Positions 1 to 14,969 of a stretch of 64,000 nucleotides of DNA are shown in pieces. The notes beneath the pieces are model-generated. The model searched no databases. It had not been told where the DNA came from and worked only from the letters and a program-made list of their open reading frames with translations. A program made the position numbers and the translations under genes. How positions within the stretch are numbered: the stretch's first letter is position 1; each line of letters starts with the position of its first letter. Origin of the DNA: Marsupella aquatica (taxonomy: Eukaryota; Plantae; Marchantiophyta); the NCBI GenBank assembly GCA_973895155.1, contig OZ316895.1, positions 22,766,558-22,830,557 on the forward strand. The letters are read 5' to 3'.

Positions 1-655
1 TCGCCCAAGTCTCCTCAGTGGCATCCCCTGGAAGCGCCACAGTTGACTTTCTCCAATTCAAGTCAGCCTCCGTGGGCATGGGAATGTCATCATCATCCTC
101 CACTCCCCACACCACCACCATTTCTCCCGTTTGCTCATCACGCATTTTGTATGCCCCAGGATGCATCTTACTCTCCCTATCCCTCCTGTTTCCTCTCCCT
201 CTGTTGTACCCACCTCCTCCACCACCACCACCACCACCTGAGCTCCTCCCCCCTCTGAAATTTCTGGAACCACTCCTTTCATTGTTATCCGAGCCACCTG
301 AGTATCCTCCATACCTGCTCCTGGACTCTTCCGAATCCCCGTTGCTGCTTTGATGGCCGTTAATTTGTTCTCCCAGGCCTCTGGGATGACTACTTACTGC
401 ATTTGAGCTTCTGCCACTACTGCTGTTGTAGCCATTTGGGCGACGGGAATCCCCTTTGGACCCTCTGCAGGTGACTGTCAAGGATGCGGCATTGCTGCTG
501 CTCCTCCTGAGCTCTGTCCGTTGCCGTCTCTCGCATTTCTCACTCTCATCTGCTACTCCCTCTCTTCTGCTGCTGCTGCTATTGCTGATGATGGAGTCCA
601 AGGAGGTCAGTGAGCTGACGGAAGAGCTCCAACTCAGAACATGCCCGAGATTCAT
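1..655 (-). CDS. RH50: 5' coding exon (partial, open at window edge) of a chloroplast DEAD-box RNA helicase 50-like gene
   Basis: Not in the ORF track because no stop falls inside the window. Minus frame from ATG 655 (in-frame TGA upstream near 785) is open to the edge: Ser-rich transit-peptide-like MNLGHVLSWSSSVSSLTSLDS...LTVTCRG, a Gly/Arg-rich stretch, then PGAYKMRDEQTGEMVVVWGVEDDDDIPMP, resembling the N-terminal motif I recall for plant RH50. The helicase core lies outside the window. Confidence 0.6.
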   Translation of the reverse strand, partial: MNLGHVLSWSSSVSSLTSLDSIISNSSSSRREGVADESEKCERRQRTELRRSSSNAASLTVTCRGSKGDSRRPNGYNSSSGRSSNAVSSHPRGLGEQINGHQSSNGDSEESRSRYGGYSGGSDNNERSGSRNFRGGRSSGGGGGGGGGGYNRGRGNRRDRESKMHPGAYKMRDEQTGEMVVVWGVEDDDDIPMPTEADLNWRKSTVALPGDATEETWA

Positions 656-890
656 AGCCGGAGGCAGGCCCAACGAAAGGATAACAGAGTCGCAATCTCT
701 GCTCTGCTCTGAATGCTCTTCTCTTGGCCGAATGCAAGGCCTCGTTGCTCGGCTGATTGTCTTGATAGTAGTGAACGCTGAACCTCATCCAAAGCACAAT
801 CCGCAGAATTCCTCTCGTGCAGCCTAAGGCATTTCGCAATCTGCCTCGCTCTTACCCGGATGAAGGAAATTTTCACAATCTGTCACATGT

Positions 891-1035
891 CGCTGACAAC
901 AACACGCCTCCCAAAACATTCCATGTGTGGAATCCAAGTTTCAGTGATGATTTAATTTAGTCTGGGGCCATATAGGGTGCAGTACTGGAGTGGGGATTTA
1001 CACATGAAACTTTGGGAGGCGTGTTAATGTCAGCG
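891..1035. repeat. Inverted repeat / small MITE-like hairpin
   Basis: cgctgaca..aacacgcctcccaaa...catgtg (891-935) is the near reverse complement of 994-1035. No clear TSD. Confidence 0.65.
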
Positions 1036-1270
1036 CCAAACCTTACATGGCCCTACACTAAATTAACTAGACATTGATCGTCAACGCCTGAAAAGCTGTC
1101 AAAGCTCTTTGTTTGGCAACATCTATTGTGTAATTCACAATATTTTTCTATGCCTTTATGGGTTATGGGGGTTTGCATGTTTTTCTTTGGCCCTTTTACA
1201 CAAATTTGTGCAATCTTTATGTCAAACGGAGGCCCTATCCAATACTTTTTGTCATCACTACCTTCTTTAG

Positions 1271-1404
1271 ATAGTTGGTGTGTGTTGGAGTACATAGGGC
1301 TCCCGCATTCACTACTCTTTGTAGGGGTGACCAGCTTCTTTATATAGTTGGTGTGTGTTGGAGTACATAGGGCTCAGGCATTTCACTACTCTTTGTAGGG
1401 GTGA
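1271..1404. repeat. Direct duplication of about 60 bp
   Basis: atagttggtgtgtgttggagtacatagggctc...cactactctttgtaggggtga at 1271 and 1344. Confidence 0.85.
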
Positions 1405-1895
1405 GATGGGGGATTTTAGGGTCGCTACATAAATTCCTCTGCTTCCCCCTCCTATGTAATTCACCTTGAAGTTGTACCAGGTTTTCAGTTTGCCAATAGG
1501 TAGGCTTATAAGTTCTATTTTCTACATGTTGTTGTTGTTGTGTTTTGCCTGGACTCTTGGGTTTTCTGGCTCTTTATCTTCCTGGGGTTTTCCCTTATTG
1601 CCTCCCTTCATAAGGTCTCCTGCTTTGGGGATCAAGTCTCCCAGTTGGGCATCTTCTTTTTGGTAGTGTGATATATATAGACAAGCCCTCTACTCTCTTG
1701 GTGAAGTTGAGGTCCCATGGACCTAAATGTTTGATAAAATACCTAGATGAACCAGTCAAACCTGGATGACAGCAGAAAACCTTTGTTGTACTCAGATAGC
1801 ACTATTTCTGTGAGAAAAAGGTCAACAGTAACCTGGTGCATCCGGGTTGCAAGGTTTATAGAAGTTGTCCATCTGTCTAAGCATTACTTTCTCTC

Positions 1896-1992
1896 TTGGT
1901 AAAAGAGTAAACATTCAGTTCCCACTGAATTTGAATGTGTGAGTTGGTAAAAGAGTAAACATTCAGTTCCCACTGAATTTGAATGTGTGAGT
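1896..1992. repeat. Tandem duplication of about 48 bp
   Basis: ttggtaaaagagtaaacattcagttcccactgaatttgaatgtgtgag occurs twice. Confidence 0.9.
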
Positions 1993-2467
1993 GAAAGAGG
2001 AAAAACAAGATAAAAGTACTGAAGAGTGAAAGTAAAGTAAAGTAAAAGAGTGAAAGATCTGCAAGGAAGTGTACCCTAAAGTCCAATCTACCACTATAAT
2101 TCCCCACCCTGCCACAAAGGCGTCATTCCTTAGTGTACAAAGTGATAAAAAAAGGGGAACCAATCTTGACCGTCTATCAAACCATTTTTTTACACCATCA
2201 GACTATACACCCGTCTTAAATAAATGTCTGCCTTTTAGCCTGCCAAACCTGCCCAAGACAAAAACCTAATTTTACAATAATTAATTGTATTTCTATTTTA
2301 ATTATTTAAATCTACATTTAGAAATTTGGAAAAAGAACTTTGAGAATTTTTGAAAACTTTGAAAATAAATAAATTATTAAAATTTATTCCTAAAAGATTT
2401 AATACTAAAAAATCCATATTTTTCAGTTGGTTGTGCTTGGATTCTACAATGTGTGGCAACTATCTTG

Positions 2468-2657
2468 CATCTCCAATTTCTGTGTACAACGCAAGGGATA
2501 TTGAACATGACCACAATGATCATATGATCAGGATAACACATAACATGCCTCAACTATATCACTCACATCTCCAATTTCTGTGTGCAACGCCAGGGTTATT
2601 GAACATGACCACAATGATCTTATGATTAGGATAACACATAACATGCCTCAACTATAT
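2468..2657. repeat. Tandem duplication of about 99 bp
   Basis: catctccaatttctgtgt...ataacacataacatgcctcaactatatc occurs twice. Confidence 0.85.
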
Positions 2658-2791
2658 CGCATCACTCATATTTTTTTGCCTTGCCTTGACACATATTTCT
2701 AATCTTTACATATTTATTCTCCGCAACATCTTTATCTTACTTTGACATTTTTTCTCATCTTGATATCTTCTCCTCACATTGACATCTTTAT

Positions 2792-3136
2792 TGTTAGGAT
2801 TTACTCTTAGGTCTAGAGTTACAACTGTACCATAGTTAAGGCTAACCTTAGTCGTAGACTTGGTTAGGTTAGTCATGTTGTGCACACTCTATAACCAAGC
2901 GGTGTTTGCTTGGAGAGGGGGAACTCAGGCTCATTGTTACGGAGCTAGTTGAGAGATAGAGAAAGTTTGCAGTGTGGATGCTTGGTATGGCCGGTCAGCC
3001 TAGAGTGCAGTAAAGTTCATATGTGTTCCCGTGGACATAGCCTCATGTGGAGGTGAACCACATATATCTCTGTGTCGACTCTTGTGCATTGGATGGTTCA
3101 TGGGCTTGCTGTTTCGATTGTCGTCTACGCTCAACA
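2792..3136 (+). mobile_element. Solo LTR, Ty1/Copia-like
   Basis: TGTT...AACA termini, perfect 5-bp TSD TTTAT (2787-2791 and 3137-3141), internal cccgtggacatagcc...ggtgaaccac motif shared with other LTRs in the window. Confidence 0.85.
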
Positions 3137-4265
3137 TTTATCTCATCACGATATATTTTCTCTCCTCAATATCTTTTTCTCATCTTTATATCTTTTTCTC
3201 ACCTCGCCACCTTTTCTTTCCTTGAAATTTTTTTTTATCACCTTGATTTCTTTTTTCTACTTTGGCATTATTTTTCTCTTATTGTATTAGTTTTTTATTG
3301 CATCATGATTTTTTTTCTCCCATTGACATTTTTCTCACCTCACCATCTTTTTCTCACCTCACTATCTTTTCTCTCCTTAAGATATTTTTCTCACCACAAT
3401 TTCTTTTCCTCACCTTGGCATATTTTCCTCTCGTTGACATCTTTTTTCACCTCGCCATCTCAACATATTTTCTCACATTCAGGTAAGATAGAGAAGTGAA
3501 CGTGAGAGTGCATTGAAGTGTGATTGTATTTTCTCACATTCAGGTAAGATAGAGAAGTGAAGCATTGAAGTGTGATTGTTTTACTGTGTTTGTGCAACAT
3601 TTGAGGATATGGTTGCAAAAGTGTCATTGTTTAGGTTGAGTGGTTAAGATTGCAACAAACATGATCATTCATTTTGTTCTTAAGTGTTCTAGTAGGGGAG
3701 GGTGAAGGTTAGAGCATGGGGATGCAACATGGGTGGTGAAGGTTAGAGCATGAGGTTGGACCACGGCAATGCAAGATGGGTGACAATGATCCACTCGTTT
3801 TGGAGTCCAAGCATGGTTATGTCATAGGGGGGGGTCCAGTTAGTTTGTTACTAAATTATTTTTTACTTATATGTATTGAAGTTTTTCAAGATAAATTCAT
3901 CACGAGTGAGTTGAATTGCCTTCCTCAGATCATAATTGTCTTCTACCAAAACTTGATCCCACAGCACTAATTAAAACAGATGCAAACAGCCCTTGTGACA
4001 GTTAGTTCCTGCAGAGTCAATCTTGTAATTTTGAGCCCAGAGCTCGTGGACTGAAATGGTGCGAAAAGAGAGATTGCAAGGTCTCCGTTGTTTGCTCATG
4101 GGTAAATTACCGTAGAAGGATATGAGAACTGGATGTGTACCCCACTTTCAAAACATCTGGAAGAATTCCCCCAAAAAAATTGATGATAAATTGTGTCAGC
4201 TTGCTTCTCAATTACTCCACTTCAAGTCGGCAAATTAAATTCTCTACACGGAGATCCAATTCGGC

Positions 4266-7753
<3,488 letters not shown>

Positions 7754-8658
7754 AGCTACACCGAATGCTGCGGCAACGAATAGACCCTGAGCTGATGAAG
7801 AGCTACACTCTGAATGTGCAGTCCCAAAATCGAGCGAATTGTGGGGATTGATGAGTTTCAGTACACGGAGAAGGGAATCTGCCGTGAGGGTGTTGAAAAG
7901 GAGATTTCACTTTTGGAACCCAAAAAGGAGAGGTTACCAACGAAATCCTATCATCATCCGATTTGGGATCGGGATTACATTTCGCTCACATATGTTTGTG
8001 GATTCCAACTGTAGCATTGGCACCCATTGATGAGGACCACACGTCCACACAAAACCAAACCAGGAGTGCCTGCGTGGCACTCACCCCAGGTATTTTAGCC
8101 GCAAACATTTCAAAGGTGGGTCTGGCTGAGGAAACCTCCATAGCCAGTATGGAGTTGGAGCATCAATTGTTTATGTGTGTGTGCTTTGAAAGCACTTTTT
8201 TACTCTACAGTGAAAGAAGGGAACAAGAGTCAGATGTTTTCCGAGGTCTTTAGCCCTCACATATTTTCCAAGGCTGTTGGAGCATCATCTGCATTTTTCT
8301 TTGTGGGTGTGACTCGCTTGCTAACGAAGGGAACAAGACCCAGAGGTTTTCCAAGGTCTTAGCCCTCACATATTTCCAAGGGTGTCTTGCAAGGTTTTCT
8401 TATACTCTTGGAGTGACTGAAAATGAGGTTTTAGCATTCACATATTTTCCAAGGTTTTTGGACATTCTTGGCTTGACTGAAAATGGGTTGTCCACGGGGA
8501 TTATTCTGTTGGCTCCTATGGTACAAGGTACATGTGCTGGCCGCAGTACTTCTGGTACCTGAACCTAGTTGTACTTTACTCCCACTACTTGGGAAACATT
8601 AGCGGTTTCAGCTAAGGAGGAGAAGAAGTTTGAATTTGCTTTTGAATTTGCTTGAGAT

Positions 8659-8765
8659 ATACTTGATGGACCCATGAGACCATTAATAGACCTTAAATAA
8701 CATATTTTTAAAACCTGATGGGGTCCATCAACTTGAACTTTTCAAATTAGGGGTCCATCAAGTAT
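8659..8765. repeat. Short element with 15-bp perfect inverted ends (MITE-like)
   Basis: atacttgatggaccc (8659-8673) versus gggtccatcaagtat (8751-8765); an extra internal gggtccatcaa copy. Confidence 0.55.
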
Positions 8766-9268
8766 GCTTCTCTAATTTGTTTTTGGATTTATATTTCTCT
8801 TTAAGGGTGACGGAAAACTCATGGGGCCAAGATGAATCCTTGCACAACCCCTCTCTGACCTTGCCTGCTTTTCTTGGAAGTGGGGTGGATTTCTCTTTTC
8901 GTTTTGGGGATTGAGGGTGAATAATGAGGCCAAACTGAATCCCTGTACTTGCCTCCCACCTTGTGTAGTGCCCTGATTGCGACTTGGGGTCCAGCTACTG
9001 ACCTTCTCTTCTTCGTAATGTAACCACTAGCCCTTGTCCTCTGCTTGGTAATGTAACCAATAGCTCCTTGAGATCACCTATAGATCTTGAGCTATGGTCC
9101 GTTATTTGTGTATAGCAACAATAGCACCACACATGAGCCATGAGAATGGCTTGTCAGGACCACCTGCATGGGGCGCACCTCAAGACAAAAGCCAACTAAC
9201 CTCACTTTTGCTTTGCTTGAAGGCATAAACACTCTTGTACTACTCTACAGGTTTTATTTTCACAGAAT

Positions 9269-9535
9269 TAGCACATCACTTGTCACAAAGAATAAGATCA
9301 TTTTATTGGTTCTAAAGGCAGACTTAGAAACTATTGTGGAAGAACATCGGGGTCTTTTAAATCCAATTTTGAGTCTTCTAAGAATATGATTGTACTTTTA
9401 ATCAAAATTTTGGAATATTTGAAGTATAGTCATGATTTATAAGGGTAGCAAATTTGGAAAATTTCTTACATTTTATGGGATCTAAGGCTTAAGAAAGTTG
9501 CAGGTGATGAAGGCCCTCTACATAGTGAGACCCCC
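9269..9535 (+). repeat. Dispersed ~265-bp repeat, copy 1
   Basis: gcacatca...tcattttattggttcta...gggtcttttaaatc...caggtgatg...catagtgagacccc; homologous to 10617-10878 (inverted) and 19317-19577 (direct). Confidence 0.75.
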
Positions 9536-9565
9536 AAGACCCTATGTTCCTTGGCTTGGACGGAG

Positions 9566-9946
9566 TGTTATCTAGACAGAACGAGACAGCATCAACATAT
9601 GTGAACATTTATCCATAGACTCTAACACTGAAAGTATGTATTTCACCCCGTCTAGGCTACGTCCAAAGCCATGAGAGAAATCCAATAGTGCAAAATGATT
9701 ACATGTGCCATAGCCAACATGCTAGAGCTCCTCCTCTCACTCTCTCACTCTTTATCTTGAAGAGTAAACCTTCAAGTGTGAGCACAGGTGTGTGTTCCCC
9801 TTGGGTATACCCCCTCCCATGATCTATGTGAAACCTAGAACTCACATTAATGTTATCCTAGTCTACTGAAGTCTAGCTATTACGTACTATGGAAGTATAT
9901 AGGTTATACTAGGGGCACCACCTACAACCTATCAAACTCCCCCTTG
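9566..9946 (-). mobile_element. Copia-like 3' LTR with polypurine tract (truncated element)
   Basis: Minus strand AAGGGGGAG PPT followed by TGATAGG at 9934 and ending ...TAACA at 9566; carries the ggacgtagcc...ggtgaa LTR motif. Confidence 0.65.
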
Positions 9947-10616
9947 ACTGTAGTCCTCAACTAACTACCTAGTAGTGTTCCTTCTACCTATCTGTACGAA
10001 TCTCATTGGGAAGTTCTAGAAGGTAAAACCAATGAGTTTTCCCCTATACTTGAGAGCTAACTAGAACTAAGCCATAGTTAACAAAGTGTTAGATAGAGCA
10101 GTCATACATAGAAGTAAACTACCTACCTAGTACTAGCTAGTCACGGAACTTGACTACCCTAACACTTAGCTCCGGTGTCGTTGACTCCAACGTCGAGCAC
10201 CTCTATGGTCCAAGCCTCCGGAACGGCCATCCGATGGGAGACTAGTGGGCAACAAGGTGTTACACTAGCAAGAGCAAGGCGCTAAGTTGGTAAAGCACAC
10301 TAAGGACTTAGACTAGGAAGATCATGGGAAGGGTCGGGCTCAAGGTGGACCGCCCGGATCCCCGGACGAACTTTGAGTTATGAGGGCTTGAGTGTGAGCT
10401 CCTCTTGGGCCCAAGGCTAACAAAGTTTTCATGCGCAACAGTTGGCGCATGAGATACGACACGGCCCAGGTGTGGTCATCTTGGACCCCCGACTGACAAT
10501 GGGTTCTGAGGGCCTAGGCATGAGCACTGGGTTGGCCCGATCACAATGGGTTGAGGCACTTGGCTTACGAATGTCTAGCTAGAAAGTTATGGGCATAGCA
10601 AGTTAATTGCATGCTC

Positions 10617-10878
10617 GGGGGTCTCACTATATGGGGACCTCCCCATCACCTATGACGTTTTTAGGCCTCGGACCCCCTAAAATGTAAGATTTTTTTTAAT
10701 TTCTTTAACCTCTATAAAGTTGGAATATTCCAAAAATTGGATTAAAAAGACCCTAATGTTCTTATAAGTCTCAAAAGTGAATTTGAAAGACCCTATTGTT
10801 CTTCTGCAAAAATTCTTAGTTAAGTCTTCCCTTAGAACCAATAAAATGACCCTATCCTTCATCGCACGTGATATGCCA
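10617..10878 (-). repeat. Dispersed ~265-bp repeat, copy 2 (inverted)
   Basis: ggggtctcactat...tagaaccaataaaatga...tgatatgcca is the reverse-complement homolog of 9269-9535. Confidence 0.75.
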
Positions 10879-12659
10879 TTTTTTTGAAAGTGAAAGACCC
10901 GAGATTGCATGTCCAAGCATGCAGGTTGGAGTCTAGGTTGAGGGCCAAATATAGGGGACCAAAGCCAGTCTAGGGGTGGTAGTTCTCCAAAAGCATATAT
11001 GAAGGGAGTGGTGTCTCCGTGGGGGCCAAGGGTGAGCCCAAATCGTGAGTCGCGGCGGTCACGACACTAAGAGGAAACGTCAAATGGAAATAGCGATAAC
11101 TTCTCAACGGGAAGTCTGTTGGAGGACTTCTTGGATGCGTTGGAAAGCTCTTGGAGAGAACTACATACTCTTGAGCTCAATTGGGTGTGGGGTGAGATTG
11201 TTCTCAAGGTTGGAGGGATCTATTCGCCTACTTGCCAAATCCTTGCCGAAATAGCAGCCAAGTCGCGTTTAGTTTCCCATGGGAGCTTGCGTTGGGGCAA
11301 AAATTCAAAGTAGGCATGGAAGTTTAGTTCCAAGTGCACTTGGCCCCTAGACTCTTGATTGAGTGGAAACCTTGGAGTTGGTTGCTAGAGTTGAGGCCAA
11401 TTTGGTCTCAGCATTTTTGGACAAGCTTAGGACAAGTTTTGGGACAAACTAGCTATTTGGGCCATGAGCATATCCTAGAGGCAGGGTGGTCAACCAGTAA
11501 TAAATAGGAAGTGGGGAAGCACGGGTAACATCCAAAGAGAGGTTGTTTTGGAAAAACAGTGGGTGTCGGCTCGGGCTTTAGCTTATGGCAAGGCCATGCT
11601 GGCCCGGGAGGTCCTATTGAGCTTGAGTTGAGACACTAGTCTTGGAGTTCTTAAATCCTGCGGGTTACAGGCTTACTTAGGTGTTTGGTTGCTTGTGTAG
11701 ATTGTGAGGACGTACCGTTGAGCTACGCTCAAGTTAGGGAGCAAGTGTGACTTTGTATGGGAGTTATCGCCAAAGGTGCTAGAGGTACCAAGTTGCTTGC
11801 TCAAGGAGTTCCATGTAGGCGTTTGGGCATTAAGGGCACATAGGTGAGAGTGTTGGGATTGGTGAGGGTGTTGGGTGGCAAGGTCTACGACTTAGCTCCT
11901 GCTACCCATATGTATCTCCTTGGGAAATTCTAGACAAAAAACCAATGTTTCCCCCTTCTCTATGAGAGTTAACTAGAATCAGACCGTAGCCGGTACATAC
12001 CGGATAGAGAATACATATACAAGAAAAATAACACAGTTAAGCATCATTGTGCAAAATTTGAAGCCTTGCACTATGCTCCGTGAAACTAGCCAAAGGAAAG
12101 ACTTTGGTTACATATTAGGAAGATTGAGTTTTCCATCAATCTTGATTAACTCAATCTCTTTCTAAGGAATAGCCTACCTGAGAAAGTGATACCTAGTATC
12201 AATGTGCTTTATTGAAATCTTGACTCTGTCACTTTGATTGTTGCCTCAATATACACTTACATGCACGTACTAACAAAACTCTTAGTGATAAGAACTCCAA
12301 ATGAGTTGGAGGTCCATCCTCCTTTCCTGTTTATATATAGTGCTTGGCACAAAATTTCTTTCAAAAGCTCGTCTGCCTTAGAAACTTTTTCAAGTTCCTT
12401 CCTAGCATAGGAACCTTCTCTGGTTCCTTCCCAACACACCTCGCTAGGAACGTTCTATGGTTTCATCCTAGCACACCTTACTAGGAACCTTTTATGGTTC
12501 CTTCCTTGTTTACAATGATTGCATCCATTTCCATTCGTTCCTTCAACCTCAATCTACCTCATTGCCTAGGAAGCTTTCTAGGTATCTTACAAGAATATTC
12601 CAAGATTTCCTTTATGAAATATTCTAGGAATCTTCAAGAGAATCTTTAAAAATATTCTA

Positions 12660-13800
12660 AGATATTACAATCCTTTCCTCTAAAGTCCTCATTGCAAGAG
12701 GTTTCAAAATCCCAAAGAATCTAAGTTAAGCCTAATGAGTGAGGTTGATGATTGGTTCCCAAGTCGTTTTGTGGAGGGGAAGTCCTTTTCAAAGAATCAA
12801 ATACTCAACAATCATCTTGCGCCCGCAATGGAAAGTATGTTTTTAGAGGACACGATCAACTTCATACTTCAGATTATCCTCTACCAACTCGGGAAGAGGT
12901 AGGGATGCAAATTGGAAAATTAAGTTGGGCGAACAATATGAGGTTGAAGTAGTGCCGTGGGGAATCACTTAGTTGTAAAAACCTTGAAAACATGTGGGAA
13001 CAAACCAGTACATTTTGAAAAACAAAATTTTAAAAAATCAATTAAAAAAGCCCTTGTACCCTTAATTATACAACTTTGACAAATTTTCAAATATCTTGTT
13101 GACTATAAAAAATAATATTTATACCAAAATTGGATTTTTAAATGTTGTTAGTACAGTGTTTGATTATAATGATTAGCCCGACAAGATTAAAAATAACATT
13201 CATTTGTTTGCACCCCATTATAAGAATCCAACAAGTGATTCCCCAGGGAAGTAGTGTCACATGAAATACTGGATGGATGTGACGCATATGCTCTGGAAGT
13301 TTGAGTTGAGTAGGCCACGACACCAATCCATTGGACCACTGAAAAAGGTCCAATGCGTCGGGCATTCATTTTACAATTTCCTTTTAAAGAAAGATTGGTG
13401 TTTGTCAAACTTGATCATCTGCAACATAGTTTTGTGCGCGACGTTTCTGGTCCGCATACTATTTTTGCCAATTTTGAGCTATTAAAAGCTTCTCGCGTGC
13501 TGTTTGCAAAATGTGTTGTAACCGGCCAATAAATGTTTTTGTCGCTACAACCTTAATCAGTACAATCTTCTGATGAATCAAAGATGTGGGAATGGAAGGT
13601 GCTCACCATACGTGAGATAAAAAGGAGATACCTTGGTAGAGATGTTAATGGCGTTGTTATAAGCAAACTCAAGCAAGGGTAGAACAAGATCCCACTTGGT
13701 TTGCTTGTCCAATGTAAATGCACGGAGCACCTCCTCGATGGTTTGGTTGGAGCGTTCGGTTTGACCATCAGTTTCAGGGTGTAAAGTTCATGAAATAGCT
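12660..13800 (-). mobile_element. Decayed Ty3/Gypsy (chromovirus-type) integrase, chromodomain and start of 3' LTR
   Basis: Minus translations: HPETDGQTERSNQTIEEVLRAF...WDLVLPLLEFAYNN...SPFYLTYG (13590-13785, integrase core); YADQKRR, RIGPFSVVQWIGVVAY, LKLPEHMRHIHPVFHVTLL (GPY/F region, frameshifted); EYLIL*KGLPLHKTTWEP (12750-12810, chromodomain); purine tract then TGTAAT at 12669. Confidence 0.88.
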
Positions 13801-14054
13801 TAAGTGTTTAAACCGCCATTGGAATCAAGTTTGGAGTGGACAAAAGACTGGAATTTGGACTTGTTATAATAAATTTGGATCCACCAAATTTTGATTAGGG
13901 CAAGTAGGACTTTAAACTTGATATACATTTTAGAGTATGCAGAGATATGAATGTTGAAAATAGCCTTGGAAAATTTAGAGTCAACACTCATCAAAAGCTA
14001 ATTTTCAATTAGAAGACTTATCTTTTAGTAACCTTGCGACTAATACCTATCTTA

Positions 14055-14403
14055 TGTTAGGGTTAACTCTAGTCTTGGGATAATCTCTTGTTACTTAGGC
14101 TAAACTGCCATTAGGGTGTTAATGGTAATTAGCCACGACTCTTGCACCTAGCACATAGAGGGGCTAGGGAGAGCTCTTCTTGGAGACTCATTCTCATTGT
14201 TGAGGGCGCTAGCTAGGTGCTAGGAGGAGAGCTTGTGCAAGGAGGCTTTGTGTGGCCATGCATGGTGGCCAAAGCTTAGTAAAGCTCTTGTGTGCTCCCA
14301 TGGATGTAGCCTTGATGAAGGTGAAACATGTGTCTCTTTGTGTCAGTGTGTGCATGCTTGCTGATTGTTTTCATAATTGTTTTGTGACGGTTTTATCGCA
14401 ACA
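14055..14403 (+). mobile_element. Solo LTR, Ty1/Copia-like
   Basis: TGTTAG...CAACA termini, perfect TSD TCTTA on both sides, cccatggatgtagcc...ggtgaaacat motif. Confidence 0.85.
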
Positions 14404-14677
14404 TCTTAGTCATGTGATTGTGATTAGTTGGGATAAAGTATTGGAATGTCAGTTTGAAAATTGTATTTGTGCAAACTTACTTGCTAATATGAGAATTTTA
14501 ATTAATGTTTGTTTTACAATTGTATGTAGCCTAACTTGGCTCCAATGTATAACCTTTAATTTCATACTTGGTCTATTGCATGTTCATATCTAGAATGAGA
14601 TATAAGAGCAAGTATGTAGTATATTTGTATGTTTGATCACTTGTGTTTTGTTGTAAAAGTAAGCAAACTAAACATGT

Positions 14678-14969
14678 TGTTAGATATTGCTCTAGTCTTG
14701 TGACTCATGAGCTAACTACAGTTAGGCTAACTCGGGTTAAGATTTAGCTATTGTTAGCGGTAGTGCTATTGTGTATATAGCCAGGGCTAATGCCAGACCC
14801 TGGTGGATCTTCAGCTCATTGTTGGAGTGGAGCAAGAGAGAAGTAAAGGTCTCGTGCTTTCCCGTGGACGTAGCCTCAGACATGAGGTGAATCACATACT
14901 CGTTATGTCGACTACTTTGTATGGTGTTCACATGTGCATGGTGTCTTGGGATAGGGATTATCCCCAACA
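14678..14969 (+). mobile_element. Solo LTR, Ty1/Copia-like
   Basis: TGTTAG...CAACA termini, TSD CATGT/CATGC (one mismatch), cccgtggacgtagcc...ggtgaatcac motif. Confidence 0.75.

Noticed and set aside
3047-3499. Hydrophobic Phe/Leu-rich ORFs
   Set aside because: Artefact of T/C-rich degenerate repeats adjoining a solo LTR.
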